Source: Pseudomonadota bacterium
Lineage (GTDB): Bacteria; Desulfobacterota; Desulfobacteria; Desulfobacterales; JAHIVH01
Assembly (NCBI GenBank): GCA_018816735.1
Contig: JAHIVH010000016.1
Location: 9 to 64,008, forward strand
DNA: 64,000 nt
Direction: 5' to 3'
Under the pieces are notes generated by a model. The model searched no databases, was not told the DNA's origin, and worked only from the letters and a program-made list of their open reading frames with translations. Of the stretch, positions 10,541 to 21,048 are shown in pieces (positions within the stretch are counted from its first letter, which is position 1; the number at the start of each line of letters is the position of its first letter). The translations under genes were made by a program, and so were the position numbers.

Positions 10541-11824
10541 TCAGGTACACGCATTCTCGACAACAGAATCAACAATTTTTCGGCATTCTGAAAGACGGTC
10601 GGTTTCTATGTATTGATACGCCCCGTCCTGCGTATCCAATGAACGGGCGATAATCTTTCGGCAATGCGGGCCTCCGAAAGTGTCCTGTATTTTGAGATAT
10701 AGACTCCTGCAGCGGTTATATAAACGGGCAGGGAGGAATCGCTTCTCATCCTCAAATATGCGGTCGTTTTTAATCAGGCCGTGAAGGATGATCCGCACCG
10801 TGTCGGAATATCCCGAATTTCTTAAATCGACGTTTTCCTGGAGTCCCATACATAGAACACCCCCTAACAGTGCACCGCAGACTGTGCCATTTAATCCGAT
10901 ATCACCTATGAATCCGCGGGAAGCGTCTCTGATCGCATCAATATTAAGCCCGGTTTTTTTGTGTACTGTTTCAATGACACTCTGGCAGCAGTGAAAATTA
11001 TAGGATTCAAAATGATTGGTGATCCTTTGAATGGCTTCCATATCATGCGTATTCAGGAAGTTCATCTCCCCTCTGGTTACATTCAACGCCAGTTTGTCTA
11101 ATATTTCTGCCCCGTTTTTCAAAATGGCCATGCACTTTAAAGGTGTTCCGGTCAGAACGGCACGACGGAAATTGCGTGTCAGATGATGCCCGCCGTGGAC
11201 AAGACCGCAGTTTGGTGTGTGAACCCGTTTTTCAAGCTGTCTGTAAAATTCGGAGCACAGCGGATAAAATTCATCTGAACGGAGTTCCGGGAATTTTTTC
11301 CCGAGAATGATCGTTCCACCGTTTGCGGTACCCCGAATCACAAACCCAGGTGATCGCCGTTTTTTGCTCCCGAGATCTGACAGAATGGGGGTGATACCAA
11401 AAGGGTCAAATACCTTAAGGGAAACAATTCCCCATAAGAAGCCGCTGATTGCGATCAATACCATGGCATGGGGCAGAAGCTTCAACTGAAGGGGGAACTG
11501 AAAAATGATCGTGTTTGATGGCTGCCAAAGGAGTACTGTAAAGGAAAGAACCATACTTGACAAAATGGAAAAGGTCATCCCCTGGTAATGACTTTGAATG
11601 AAGGAAGATAGCCAGCTTTTAAACGACTTACGTACCATGACACTGTGCTGGATGAAAAATACGATTGAAATAAATCCGTCCCAAATCAACAACTGGACTT
11701 CCGGACCATCGAAGCGGAAGATGGTAAAAGGGCCAAGGATTATAAAGCTACCAAATAGAAGAAACGATCCTCCAAAAAGAATGATGGATAGCGCTATTAT
11801 AGCTTGAGCAGCAAATCGATGCAT
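10541..11824 (-). other. In-frame chimera: N-terminal part of a NnrU/nurim/MddA-like membrane methyltransferase fused to the C-terminal part of a C-GCAxxG-C-C redox protein
   Basis: FFIQHSVM..., FDPFG..., GFVIRG stops where GPY..VRHP is expected (~11328), then GTANGG, HCCQSV, VCGALLGG, GGPHC. Confidence 0.65.
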
Positions 11825-11836
11825 GGAAAACTCCTT

Positions 11837-12352
11837 TTATTTTTTATCCATGATTTGAGTGCCTTGATTGGTCTGGTTACTGCAACAAGAGCTTAGAAGC
11901 TGCCTGAACGCACTGTTCTGATGATCCAAAAGACGCGTTATTTCTTCAATCGATTCGAGGAGAATTTTCTGCTTGCTTTCAGGAACAAGATCTATAAGGC
12001 CTGCAATTACCTGGTTGCATTGAATATCGAGATATTGATACGTTTTTTTTCCTTCATCGGTTAATTGGACTTCAACTTTTCGCTGGTTGCCCGAAAGGCG
12101 TGCCCGATTTACATAACCTTGTTTTTCAAGTTTTTCCACAATCCGGCTGAGCGTACTCTGGTGCAGGGCCACTTCGGAAGCCAACTCGTTCATGGCCTTG
12201 GGACCATCTGCAAGGGCTTCAAGCGTGTAGCATTGCTGAACGGTGACAGGGCTGTTGGCAAGCTGTTCACGCATCAGTTGATTGACGAAACGGGCCAGGC
12301 GAGTAAACGCCTTTCTACTTCTTAAAATAAGTTGAGATTTTTCAGATTCCAT
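11837..12352 (-). CDS. MarR family transcriptional regulator with C-terminal Cys-Cys
   Basis: wHTH ELASEVALHQSTLSRIVEKLEKQGYV..RKVEVQLT. GGAGG precedes ATG 12352. Confidence 0.88.
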   Translation of the reverse strand: MESEKSQLILRSRKAFTRLARFVNQLMREQLANSPVTVQQCYTLEALADGPKAMNELASEVALHQSTLSRIVEKLEKQGYVNRARLSGNQRKVEVQLTDEGKKTYQYLDIQCNQVIAGLIDLVPESKQKILLESIEEITRLLDHQNSAFRQLLSSCCSNQTNQGTQIMDKK

Positions 12353-12386
12353 TAAATGCCTCCCGGGAATGTTTGCTACGGACAAT

Positions 12387-12419
12387 ATTTGCTAACAGCA
12401 TAACATGCTGTTAGCAAAT
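12387..12419. promoter_or_regulatory. Perfect 14-bp inverted repeat, probable MarR operator
   Basis: ATTTGCTAACAGCA-TAACA-TGCTGTTAGCAAAT about 35 bp upstream of the marR start. Confidence 0.65.
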
Positions 12420-12557
12420 GTAAAATGGTTTTTAAAAAATAGTCCATTTTTTTCATTTGGATCTAACCACCTGGAATTAAGGCTTTTTGGATGAAAGGCC
12501 TTGCTTGGGTTGCGGCAGAATTGGGGAAATGATTTAAACCGAGATGATGCTATGCGG

Positions 12558-13271
12558 CTATCTTGACACATGGTGTTTACGCGGAAGATCCGGAACAAAG
12601 CAGCCGGGATCGATGGTAAACGGATCCCCATTGACCGCATAAGAGAGGCATTTTAATCCCCCCCTGCACTGGTTGACGTAGATTGGGCATGACGGTGATC
12701 AGGCTGTCTCCGGCCTTGCACGAATAGGGCTGGCCGCCACCTGCCAAAAACTGAAGCGCCCGGTGCATTGAGATCTGACTTTTTTTAAACCATGACCGGT
12801 TTGAGTTCCGCTTTTCACGATACATGATTTCAAAGAATGCCCTTGTTCTTTCCTTTCCCAGAACCAGATCTGACTGCCCGGGATCGGTCCTTAAGGGCAC
12901 GAACCGGTCTGACCAGATTCGAGAGACTTTCAGTCTGGTACAGGCGCGTACGACATCCTTAAATTGAGAGACGTTTTTTTGGTGGGCCGTAAACGAAACC
13001 GAAATGGGAATGTCGTTTTTTTTAAGCATTTTTATGGCTGATACACATGCTTGATAATTACCCCTGCCACGGATTGAATCATGAACTGCCCGGTTCCCTT
13101 CCACGCTGAGCTGAATATAGAGCGGTGAAAATGTTTTGAGCATCTTTGTATTTTCAGGAGTAAACAGTGTGCCGTTTGTAAGTATTGAAAATGTAAACAT
13201 ATCGTTATGGGCGCATATCTCTTCGATCAGTTCAAACAGATCATTTCCGAGAAAGGGTTCGCCGCCGGTGA
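12558..13271 (-). pseudogene. Radical SAM/SPASM protein remnant
   Basis: TGGEPF, ILTNGT, QLSVEG, CKAG present. CxxxCxxC N-terminus absent. SPASM interrupted at ~12681, and the tail YVNQCRGGLKCLSYAVNGDPFTIDPGC is in another frame. Confidence 0.8.
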
Positions 13272-14172
13272 AAACGCCGGTATCATTGCACCGGTTATGG
13301 CCAATATGCCGGTTGTTCTTCTTGCCCGATGGGATGCGGCGGCCGTGCTCACGGCCATTGATCGATATCATGTCACCGGACTGGTCGCCGTGGTAGACGG
13401 CCTGCTTGAAATAATGAACCATCCTGATTTCAGTCAGTATGACTTGCGTTCGCTCCGTTCGGTAACCGTATCCTCCTTTGTCACAAAACTGAACGTCGAC
13501 ATCCGCAGACGTTGGGAGAAATTGACCGGTGTTACGGTAAGGGAAAATTCCTACGGCATGACGGAAACCCACACGTCAGATACATTCACAAACAGCATGC
13601 AGACAGATGATATGGATCTGAAGTCCGGGCCCGGGTTTTGCGGATTCCCTGTCCCAGGCACACAGATCAAGATTGTCGATTTTGCGACCCAAAAACCGGT
13701 TCCCTTGGGAGAAGAGGGCGAAATCGCCATCAAAACGCCTTCCCTCATGAAAGGATACTGGCGGAACCCGGAGGCAAGCCGAAAAGATATTGTGGATGGC
13801 TGGTTCCATACAGGCGACATCGGGATGTTGGATAAAGAAGGATACGTCCATTACCTGGGCCGCACCAAAGAGATGCTGAAGATAAAAGGCATGAGTATCT
13901 TCCCAACGGAAATAGAAGGGCTTTTGGCCATGCACCCTGCTGTTGACGGATGTGCTGTCATCGGCATGGCGGATCTGAAAAAAGGTGAAATACCGGTTGC
14001 CTTTGTGCAGCTGAGGCCGGATCATCAGGGGCGGATTACCGAAGATGAGCTGGCTTCATGGTGTCTCGACAACATGGCCGTATACAAGGTGCCAGCCATC
14101 CGGTTCATCAACAATCTGCCATTGACTGATACCGGCAAAGTGAACAAGAAAGTTTTATATTCAAGGCTTTAA
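13263..14172 (+). pseudogene. AMP-dependent acyl-CoA ligase, C-terminal half only
   Basis: YGMTET, GWFHTGDIG, LPLTDTGKVNKK present. P-loop (TSGTTG) and N-terminus absent. Confidence 0.8.
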
Positions 14173-14481
14173 GCGTCTGTTATCCGGGTAACCGCATTTG
14201 GATTTTCAGTGATCGGTGGTGTTAAAACTAACCTGCTGAAATTGATATAGCTGGATCAGGATGATGAGTTTTTCTGTAATGGTCTTCTCAGATGGCGGCC
14301 ATCATGACGCCGTCATACATCTCTTGACAAATACCTAATTCCTATCCTATATGTCTTGGCCAATTTCTGGTTGACAACAACCAAAAAAACCAGAAAAGGG
14401 GGGCAAGATGCATGAAGACGGCCCGTGGCGGTTACTGAAAACGTCTCTACGCGCGGCTGCGCGTTGAGCAAGGAGTTAATT

Positions 14482-15207
14482 TTGGATAAAGAACACAGAC
14501 CTTATTATGTCAAAGCTTCAATGATTTGGGCCCATAAGTTTTACGCGAATCATTTTCTAAAGCCTCATTTTAAAAGCGTCGGCAGGGGTACGACTTTCGC
14601 GTACCCATGGAATATTGAAGTCTTCGGACCTTCCATCACAGTGGGAAAATATGTAAATATCATCGCCGCTCCGGGGAAGAGGACGAGTATCACTGTCTGG
14701 CCATTGACAAAGGCAGGTGGAAGCATAACCATCGGGGATTACACCGTTATCAGCCATTGCGCGCGCATATCGGCCGGCATCAATATCGATATTGGAAAAA
14801 ACTGCCTGATCGCCGGATATACCTATCTCACGGACTGCGACTGGCACGATATCGTCAACCGGACGTTTTCCGGTGTGCCGCGCCCGATCAAACTGGAAGA
14901 CAACGTCTGGATTGGGGATAACGCTATCGTTTGCAAAGGTGTTACAATTGGCAAGAACAGCGTGATTGGCGCTGGGTCGGTGGTGCGCACCGACATTCCA
15001 GCCGACTCGGTGGCTGTGGGAAACCCGGCCCGGGTTGTCCGCGAACTCGATCCGGAAACCAAGTACGTTACCAGGGAGAACCTGTTGACGACCCAACCCC
15101 ATGATTTTGTAAACAATCTCAGAAAATTGGAAAGGGAAATGCTGCAGGACAACACGCTCTTCGGCTGGCTGAGACAAGTCATCTTTCCCACCACAAACGG
15201 ACGATAG
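14482..15207 (+). CDS. Hexapeptide-repeat (LbH) acyltransferase
   Basis: PIKLEDNVWIG, GVTIGKNSVIGAGSVV, VGNPARVV. AAGGAG precedes TTG 14482. Confidence 0.88.
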   Translation: MDKEHRPYYVKASMIWAHKFYANHFLKPHFKSVGRGTTFAYPWNIEVFGPSITVGKYVNIIAAPGKRTSITVWPLTKAGGSITIGDYTVISHCARISAGINIDIGKNCLIAGYTYLTDCDWHDIVNRTFSGVPRPIKLEDNVWIGDNAIVCKGVTIGKNSVIGAGSVVRTDIPADSVAVGNPARVVRELDPETKYVTRENLLTTQPHDFVNNLRKLEREMLQDNTLFGWLRQVIFPTTNGR

Positions 15208-15299
15208 CAGTGTGAGTATTTTGACAGAATCCTATGGTTTGAAAGAGAATAGCCCAAAAGTTGGTTTTGTTGTAAGGGAATAGGGGACATACAAATAAT

Positions 15300-15854
15300 C
15301 ATTATTGCATGCTGGAAGATGCCGAGCGTACTGACCTGCGTGCCATAATCCAGGTGTTTATCGCTGAAAAACATTGGGAAGGAGCCGGTGGACTAGAACT
15401 TACCGATGAGATCCGTGTCACGGTTTCCGCTCAGGCCTGTCTGCTTCTTCTGGGACTGCCCCACGATTACTACCGGAATGTTGAATCCATTATTGTCTAT
15501 CCCTCTACTGTTGTTCCACCTCAGCGCAAGCCGGGTTTTTTTGAAACGTCACTTTTACCAGTTGAACTTGAACATCCCATTATCGGCCAGGCATTCCTCC
15601 ATGGGCCGGTCATTATTATCTGGGACGCAGCCTTGCGTGACGGCCGCCATCCTGAGTATGGGCACAACTTGATTTATCACGAATTTGCCCACAAACTGGA
15701 CATGCTTGATGGTGCGGCCGACGGGACACCTCCTTTGCGCGACCGGGATGAATACCATGACTGGGCACTGACATGCGCCAACGAGTATCTGCGTCTCAAA
15801 CAAGACGCCAAAAAAGGAAAAAAATCTTTCCTCAATGCCTATGGTGCAACAAAT
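15300..15854 (+). pseudogene. MtfA/M90 family zinc peptidase remnant, truncated at both ends
   Basis: SAQACLLLL, NLIYHEFAHKLD, ADGTPP. Ends at YGATN without the following E-F-F-A-V segment that carries the third ligand. Confidence 0.78.
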
Positions 15855-15855
15855 C

Positions 15856-16115
15856 TATATCGTTCGCATGTTTAAACCTTCGAAAAGGTCACATAGGGAG
15901 GAATGGGCAGACATACCACCTGATGGGTATTTACGTCATCAAGGGCTTTTTACCGGGTTTTCCCGTGTTGCGGTAACATTTCGTGCCCTTTCAGCAATGG
16001 TGATCCACTTATCCAGAAACCTGTATAAAAATCCAGCACCATAAGTCTGGTGGAGGTTGAATTCTGAAATCGATGTGGGATCAAAAACTTTCTTTTTGTT
16101 AACCCCTGTCTTTAT
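15856..16115 (-). pseudogene. Probable amidohydrolase-family remnant
   Basis: Frameshifted RARNVTATREN / ALDDVNTHQVVCLPIPPYVTF resembles the N-terminal region of amidohydrolase_2 proteins. No HxH start and no C-terminus. Confidence 0.4.
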
Positions 16116-18108
16116 GGCCGTCAACCCTTCTTTCCGGTTCGCAGAGGACGTCGTGAATTTTTTGAGATAATTTTTCGATGGTAAAGGGCTTTTGAATAAA
16201 GGCGTTGCATCCCTTGTTCATTATTTCTGTGGCCATACCGTTTATGCTGTATCCGGTTGAGAGGAGAACCTTCACTTCCGGATCGATCGCTTTGAGATGG
16301 TCGTAAATTTCACATCCATTCATTTCAGGCAAAATCATATCAAGGATGACCAGATCGATCGTGTCTTTCGTCTCCTTGAAGGTTTGAATCGCCGTCATGC
16401 CATTTTGGGCGGTAATGACAGTGTACCCCAATAGGCTTAATATCTCTGACGCGGTTTCGACGATCCTGTCCTCATCTTCGATCAGGAGGATTGTACCGGT
16501 TCCTTTTTTTATCTGATCCGGGAATTGAATATCTTCTGTTATGGCCTTATCAGATGCCGGCAGATAAATATTGAAGGTCGTTCCAATCCCAACCTCACTG
16601 TAGGCATTGATAATGCCTTTATGGTTTTTGATGATTCCGTATGCCGAAGCAAGTCCCAATCCGGTTCCCCGGCTTTTTTCACGGGTTGTAAAAAATGGAT
16701 CGAATATCCGTTTCAAAGTGGCTTCATCCATGCCGGTGCCTGTATCTGTAACAGAAATCTTCACGAATTTTCCCGGATCGGTCAGGTAGGGTTTAATGAA
16801 ATTTTCATCGAGTATCGTATTCTCTGTATCGATGAACAGCTCTCCCCCTTTGGGCATTGCCTGGGAGGCATTGACAAACAGGTTTAACAGAACCTGATCA
16901 ATCTGGGTGGGGTCGGCTTCAACCGTCCAGATATCGTTTTGCAGTTTTTTGTGAATTTTGATTTCTTTTTTTGTCGGGGTGAACATGTTCACGGCATTTT
17001 CTATCAGACCGTTCAGGTTCAGGGGTTTGACTTCAAATTTGCCGCCTCTTGCAAAACCCAGCAATTGGCGGGTGATCCCTGCACCACTTCCGATAAGCTG
17101 TTCGATCGATTTCAGGTTTTCGTAAAAAGGGTGATCTTCATCAATTCGATATAACATGACAGATGCTTTGCCCAGAATGCTCATTAAAAGATTGTTGAAG
17201 TCATGGGCAATACCCCCTGCAAGGGTTCCTATGGCTTCCATTTTTTTGATCTGCTGGAGTTGAGCCTCCATTTTTTTTCTTTCTTCTTCTGCCCGGATAC
17301 GCTCAGCGATATTTCGAATCAGGCCCCGAAAGCCTAAAGGTTTTCCTTCTTTGTCCCTTATCAGTGAAATCGAAAGCTCATGAACGCCAATGCTGCCGTC
17401 TTTTCGGATCACCTTGTAGTTTTCAATGGTTGCCGAGTTTCCTGTTTTATATACTGTATGAAAGACCTTATACATTTTATCCGCTATATCCGGAAAGGCC
17501 TTTTTCAGCTTTTCTTTCCAGTAGTTCACTCCCAGAAGTTCTTCTTTTGTGTACCCCAGCATTCGGGAATAGGCACCATTTAAAAAGGTAATCCTTCCTG
17601 ATAGATCAAGCTCGTAGTAACCTTCTTCCATATTTTCCAGGATAGTCCGGTATTTTTCTTCACTCTCCAGCAGCAGATCTTCGGCAGCTTTTCGATCACT
17701 GATATCCCTGCCGACTGCCACAAAATGATTCTTTTCCAAAATGGAAAGAATCCGCCATTCTATCCATTTGCAGGAACCGTCTTTGCATATAAACCTGTTG
17801 GACGCACGGATATTCATTTTTCCCTTGACTGCATCGGCCAAGGTTTTCTTTGCTATTTTTAAATCATCTTCATGAATAAAATTGATAAATGGTTTTTGGA
17901 TAAATTCTTCTTCCGAATAACCGAGAATGCGCGTAATTGAATTGTTGACTTTTGTAAAATACCCTTTTAAATTTCCCCAGCCCAGTATATCCGGTGATAG
18001 ATCAAAGACTCTTTCGAGCTGTTCATGCAGATGCTTGTCCTGAATGATCTGGTTTTCCAGGTCCGCTATTTTCTGCAGCAGTTTTTCATCGGGTGTTTTT
18101 TTACCCAT
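16099..18108 (-). CDS. PAS-PAS hybrid sensor histidine kinase/response regulator
   Basis: LAGGIAHDFNN, FDPFFTT, GTGLGL, receiver LVILDMILP. Confidence 0.93.
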   Translation of the reverse strand: MGKKTPDEKLLQKIADLENQIIQDKHLHEQLERVFDLSPDILGWGNLKGYFTKVNNSITRILGYSEEEFIQKPFINFIHEDDLKIAKKTLADAVKGKMNIRASNRFICKDGSCKWIEWRILSILEKNHFVAVGRDISDRKAAEDLLLESEEKYRTILENMEEGYYELDLSGRITFLNGAYSRMLGYTKEELLGVNYWKEKLKKAFPDIADKMYKVFHTVYKTGNSATIENYKVIRKDGSIGVHELSISLIRDKEGKPLGFRGLIRNIAERIRAEEERKKMEAQLQQIKKMEAIGTLAGGIAHDFNNLLMSILGKASVMLYRIDEDHPFYENLKSIEQLIGSGAGITRQLLGFARGGKFEVKPLNLNGLIENAVNMFTPTKKEIKIHKKLQNDIWTVEADPTQIDQVLLNLFVNASQAMPKGGELFIDTENTILDENFIKPYLTDPGKFVKISVTDTGTGMDEATLKRIFDPFFTTREKSRGTGLGLASAYGIIKNHKGIINAYSEVGIGTTFNIYLPASDKAITEDIQFPDQIKKGTGTILLIEDEDRIVETASEILSLLGYTVITAQNGMTAIQTFKETKDTIDLVILDMILPEMNGCEIYDHLKAIDPEVKVLLSTGYSINGMATEIMNKGCNAFIQKPFTIEKLSQKIHDVLCEPERRVDGHKDRG

Positions 18109-18165
18109 TTGTCTACCTTCATCCGGGTTGGATTGGAAAAAAATCAGTAACTTTAAAAAAGGATC

Positions 18166-19056
18166 TTATAAAATCCGTTTGCCGAAAAGGGATACGGCAA
18201 GATCTACAGCCATTTGACCGGTTTTGTTCAATTTGTCAAGAATCGGGTTGATTTCAACAAGATCGAGGGAATTCAGGCGTTTTGAGTCCGCAATGATTTC
18301 CATGATCAGGTGGGCCTCCCGATAGGACAGTCCACCCGGAACCGGAGTCCCCACACCCGGTGCTTCCATCGGGTCAAGCCCGTCAAGGTCAAGACTCACA
18401 TGAATCGCAGGAAGGTGGCTTAACCGGATCAAGGCATCATTTGCCACATGGCTGATGCCAAGTTCATCGATCTCCCGCATGGTATAGATGGTAATGCCAC
18501 TTTGACTCAACCTTTTTTTTTCTATGGGATCAAGAGACCGGATACCGATCATGACGATATCTTCAGGCTTGAGTTTGGGGCCGGGCCGTCCGATGTCGAC
18601 CAGTTCAGGGGAACCCTGACCCAACAGGACCGACAGTGCCATACCATGAATATTCCCGGTGGGGGAAGTCTCCGGCGTGTTATAGTCTCCATGGGCGTCA
18701 ATCCAGATCACGCCTGTGGGATGTTCATGGGAGATGCCACCTATGGTGCCAATGGCGATGGAATGATCGCCTCCCAGGAAGATAGGGATCTCATTTTTTG
18801 AAATGGCGTCAGCCCCTTTCTGATAGATTTTTTCACAGGCATGTTTGATTTCAGCAACAAATTTATCCGGTGTCAGGGTATCTCTTACCTTCACATCAAT
18901 ATTTCCGGAATCATGAATCTGGTACCCCAGGTTTTTCAGCCGGGAGGCCAATCCCGCATAACGAACCGCACTGGGCCCCATGTCCACACCTCGCTGAGAC
19001 TGGCCAAGATCCATGGGCACGCCAATAATCCGGATCGATTTTTTAACCATTTTCAT
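18166..19056 (-). CDS. rocF: Arginase
   Basis: GGDHSIA, WIDAHGD, GNIHGM, SLDLDGLDP, VEINP. Confidence 0.95.
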   Translation of the reverse strand: MKMVKKSIRIIGVPMDLGQSQRGVDMGPSAVRYAGLASRLKNLGYQIHDSGNIDVKVRDTLTPDKFVAEIKHACEKIYQKGADAISKNEIPIFLGGDHSIAIGTIGGISHEHPTGVIWIDAHGDYNTPETSPTGNIHGMALSVLLGQGSPELVDIGRPGPKLKPEDIVMIGIRSLDPIEKKRLSQSGITIYTMREIDELGISHVANDALIRLSHLPAIHVSLDLDGLDPMEAPGVGTPVPGGLSYREAHLIMEIIADSKRLNSLDLVEINPILDKLNKTGQMAVDLAVSLFGKRIL

Positions 19057-19062
19057 TTCCTT

Positions 19063-20163
19063 TTATTGTTTTTTAGCGAGATTGTTCCAGAGATTGATCA
19101 TAAAATCCTGCACGTTGGTCAAGATGGCGACAGCCTGACCAGACCCTCTGTTGGCGAGTTTGTCTGCGCTGAATTCGGTCATATCCACGATATAAAAAAA
19201 GACAGGCCGTATCTTGCCGTTTTTCAAAACACGGTAACTGGGGGTCATATTCCCGAAGGCAATTGAATGAAGCTGGGTGGCAAGTGTAATGACGGTCGTG
19301 GCCCGTCTGGCGTATTGTCGCATCGCATCCTGTGCTTTATATACATCTGCGATGACTTCCGGAAGCGGACCGTCATCCCGGATGGACCCGGCAAGCACAT
19401 AGGGCACCTTCTTCTTCTCGCAGGCAAAGATAATCCCGTCTTTTAATTTCAGTTTTTTGATGGCCTCTTTTGTGGAGTCTTCTTTCCGGATGGCGTTTAA
19501 AATATCAAGATGGTTGTAATGTCCCAGGGGCTGAAGCTCCTGAGTGTAGATATCCTGACCCAGGCCGGTTCGGAAATTGGCGGCTTCCAGATCGTGGGTG
19601 GCAAGGGCATTTCCTGCAAGCAGTGCATGGCAATACCCGTTCTCGATCAACCCCTGCATGGAATCCCGGCTGTCTTTGTCAAAGGCCACGGCAGGACCCA
19701 ATACCCATACGATATAGCCGTTTTTCCGGTCGTATCGCAATAGATCGTACAGTTGATCGTAACTTCTTGAAAAAGGTGTTTCCCGTGTGCCCCGTGTCCT
19801 GAAGGAAAATTTATCCTCTGTTTTCGAAGATACCGGATCAAATCCCTTTGTGTATACGTAAATACCTTCCTCTCCGTTTTCCGTCCGCCCGACGACCACC
19901 GGGTCGCCCTTTTTCAGACGTCTTGCTTCGACGATATCGGTATTTCCGTTATTGAAGACAATCACACAATCCATGCGGTTGTCTTCCACAAGGATCCATT
20001 TGCCTTTGCCTGAATGAACATATTCGGGATGATTGGATGTGGCATGAAAATTGTCCGGCGCCACGCCATCTTTCGGCGCAGGTTCGATCCTGACTGCAGG
20101 TGCGTTTGAGAGCGTATTTTCTGAAAAATCAGGTGGTTGAAAATAGGGAAGTTTAAACGTCAT
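19063..20163 (-). CDS. LOR/SDH-region protein, homologous to the C-terminal ornithine cyclodeaminase part of ArgZ/AgrE
   Basis: DGVAPDNFHATSNHP, LAGNALATHDLE, VLAGSIRDDGPLP, KLANRGS. Confidence 0.8.
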   Translation of the reverse strand: MTFKLPYFQPPDFSENTLSNAPAVRIEPAPKDGVAPDNFHATSNHPEYVHSGKGKWILVEDNRMDCVIVFNNGNTDIVEARRLKKGDPVVVGRTENGEEGIYVYTKGFDPVSSKTEDKFSFRTRGTRETPFSRSYDQLYDLLRYDRKNGYIVWVLGPAVAFDKDSRDSMQGLIENGYCHALLAGNALATHDLEAANFRTGLGQDIYTQELQPLGHYNHLDILNAIRKEDSTKEAIKKLKLKDGIIFACEKKKVPYVLAGSIRDDGPLPEVIADVYKAQDAMRQYARRATTVITLATQLHSIAFGNMTPSYRVLKNGKIRPVFFYIVDMTEFSADKLANRGSGQAVAILTNVQDFMINLWNNLAKKQ

Positions 20164-20219
20164 TTTTACTCCTTAAGTGAAGGTTTCCGTTTCAAATCAT
20201 CTTTGTTCTGCCAATCCGT

Positions 20220-21014
20220 TTAACCTTTTTCCTGTTTCATGATCAGTTGTGCAATTTTTTCATAGAATTCAGGTGCATTGTCATTCATGGCAAAATGGCC
20301 GCTTCCGGATATGCCCAGCGTTTGAATGCCGTCGAGTTTTTTCAGGACACGGGCATTGCTGTTTTTGGCCCCATAGACATATGCTTTGCGACATTTAAGA
20401 TTTTGAAATTTTTTTAAGAGTTTGCCACTGTCAGACCATGACACCAGAGATTTGGCGCTCTTATAAAATGCAAGGGGAGAGGCAGATTCAAGGCTGAACA
20501 GCCTGTAATCGGTATTCCAGATCGGGTTTCTGGTTTTTTTGTAAAGGTTTGTGGCAAATGTTTCAAAAGAGACCCGGGATGATTCCCTGCTGATGAGCCC
20601 GCAGTCATCCCGGATCAGGTTGCCCTCGATATTGATGAACGTGGTTATCGATTTAAGAACGTTTTCAGAGAGAAGCAAACCGATGGCCCCCCCCATGCTG
20701 TGTGCCACAATGTGGCGTCTGTAGTCCGGATATATGGCAAGGAGATGTTCGATGCCTTCAGCATGAGACTCGAGGGAATAGGACAGGTGATCAGCCCGTG
20801 AGGATTTACCGAAGCCTAAGAAATCAAGGGACAGTATTGAAAAACCGTCCAACATTTTTGCGTCAAAGGCCATGTCGAATGATTTCATGGAACACCCGAG
20901 TCCATGCAGAAAAACGATCAGATCCTTTGATACATGCCTGAACCTGAAAGCGATATTGCATGTGGCATCGTCAATCGACGTGTTGAAATATTTAACGGTT
21001 GTGTCCATCTTCAT
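20220..21014 (-). CDS. Alpha/beta hydrolase
   Basis: FLHGLG, AHSMGG, SGHFAM. Start moved to avoid the pepF overlap. Confidence 0.85.
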   Translation of the reverse strand: MKMDTTVKYFNTSIDDATCNIAFRFRHVSKDLIVFLHGLGCSMKSFDMAFDAKMLDGFSILSLDFLGFGKSSRADHLSYSLESHAEGIEHLLAIYPDYRRHIVAHSMGGAIGLLLSENVLKSITTFINIEGNLIRDDCGLISRESSRVSFETFATNLYKKTRNPIWNTDYRLFSLESASPLAFYKSAKSLVSWSDSGKLLKKFQNLKCRKAYVYGAKNSNARVLKKLDGIQTLGISGSGHFAMNDNAPEFYEKIAQLIMKQEKG

Positions 21015-21048
21015 GGGGGTATCCGGTTTAATTTTTTTTAAAAAAATA

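Noticed and set aside
12577-13572. 331-aa ORF overlapping the ligase as a genuine antisense gene pair
   Set aside because: Its first ~100 aa are just the antisense of the ligase remnant. The overlap is produced by the junction at ~13267
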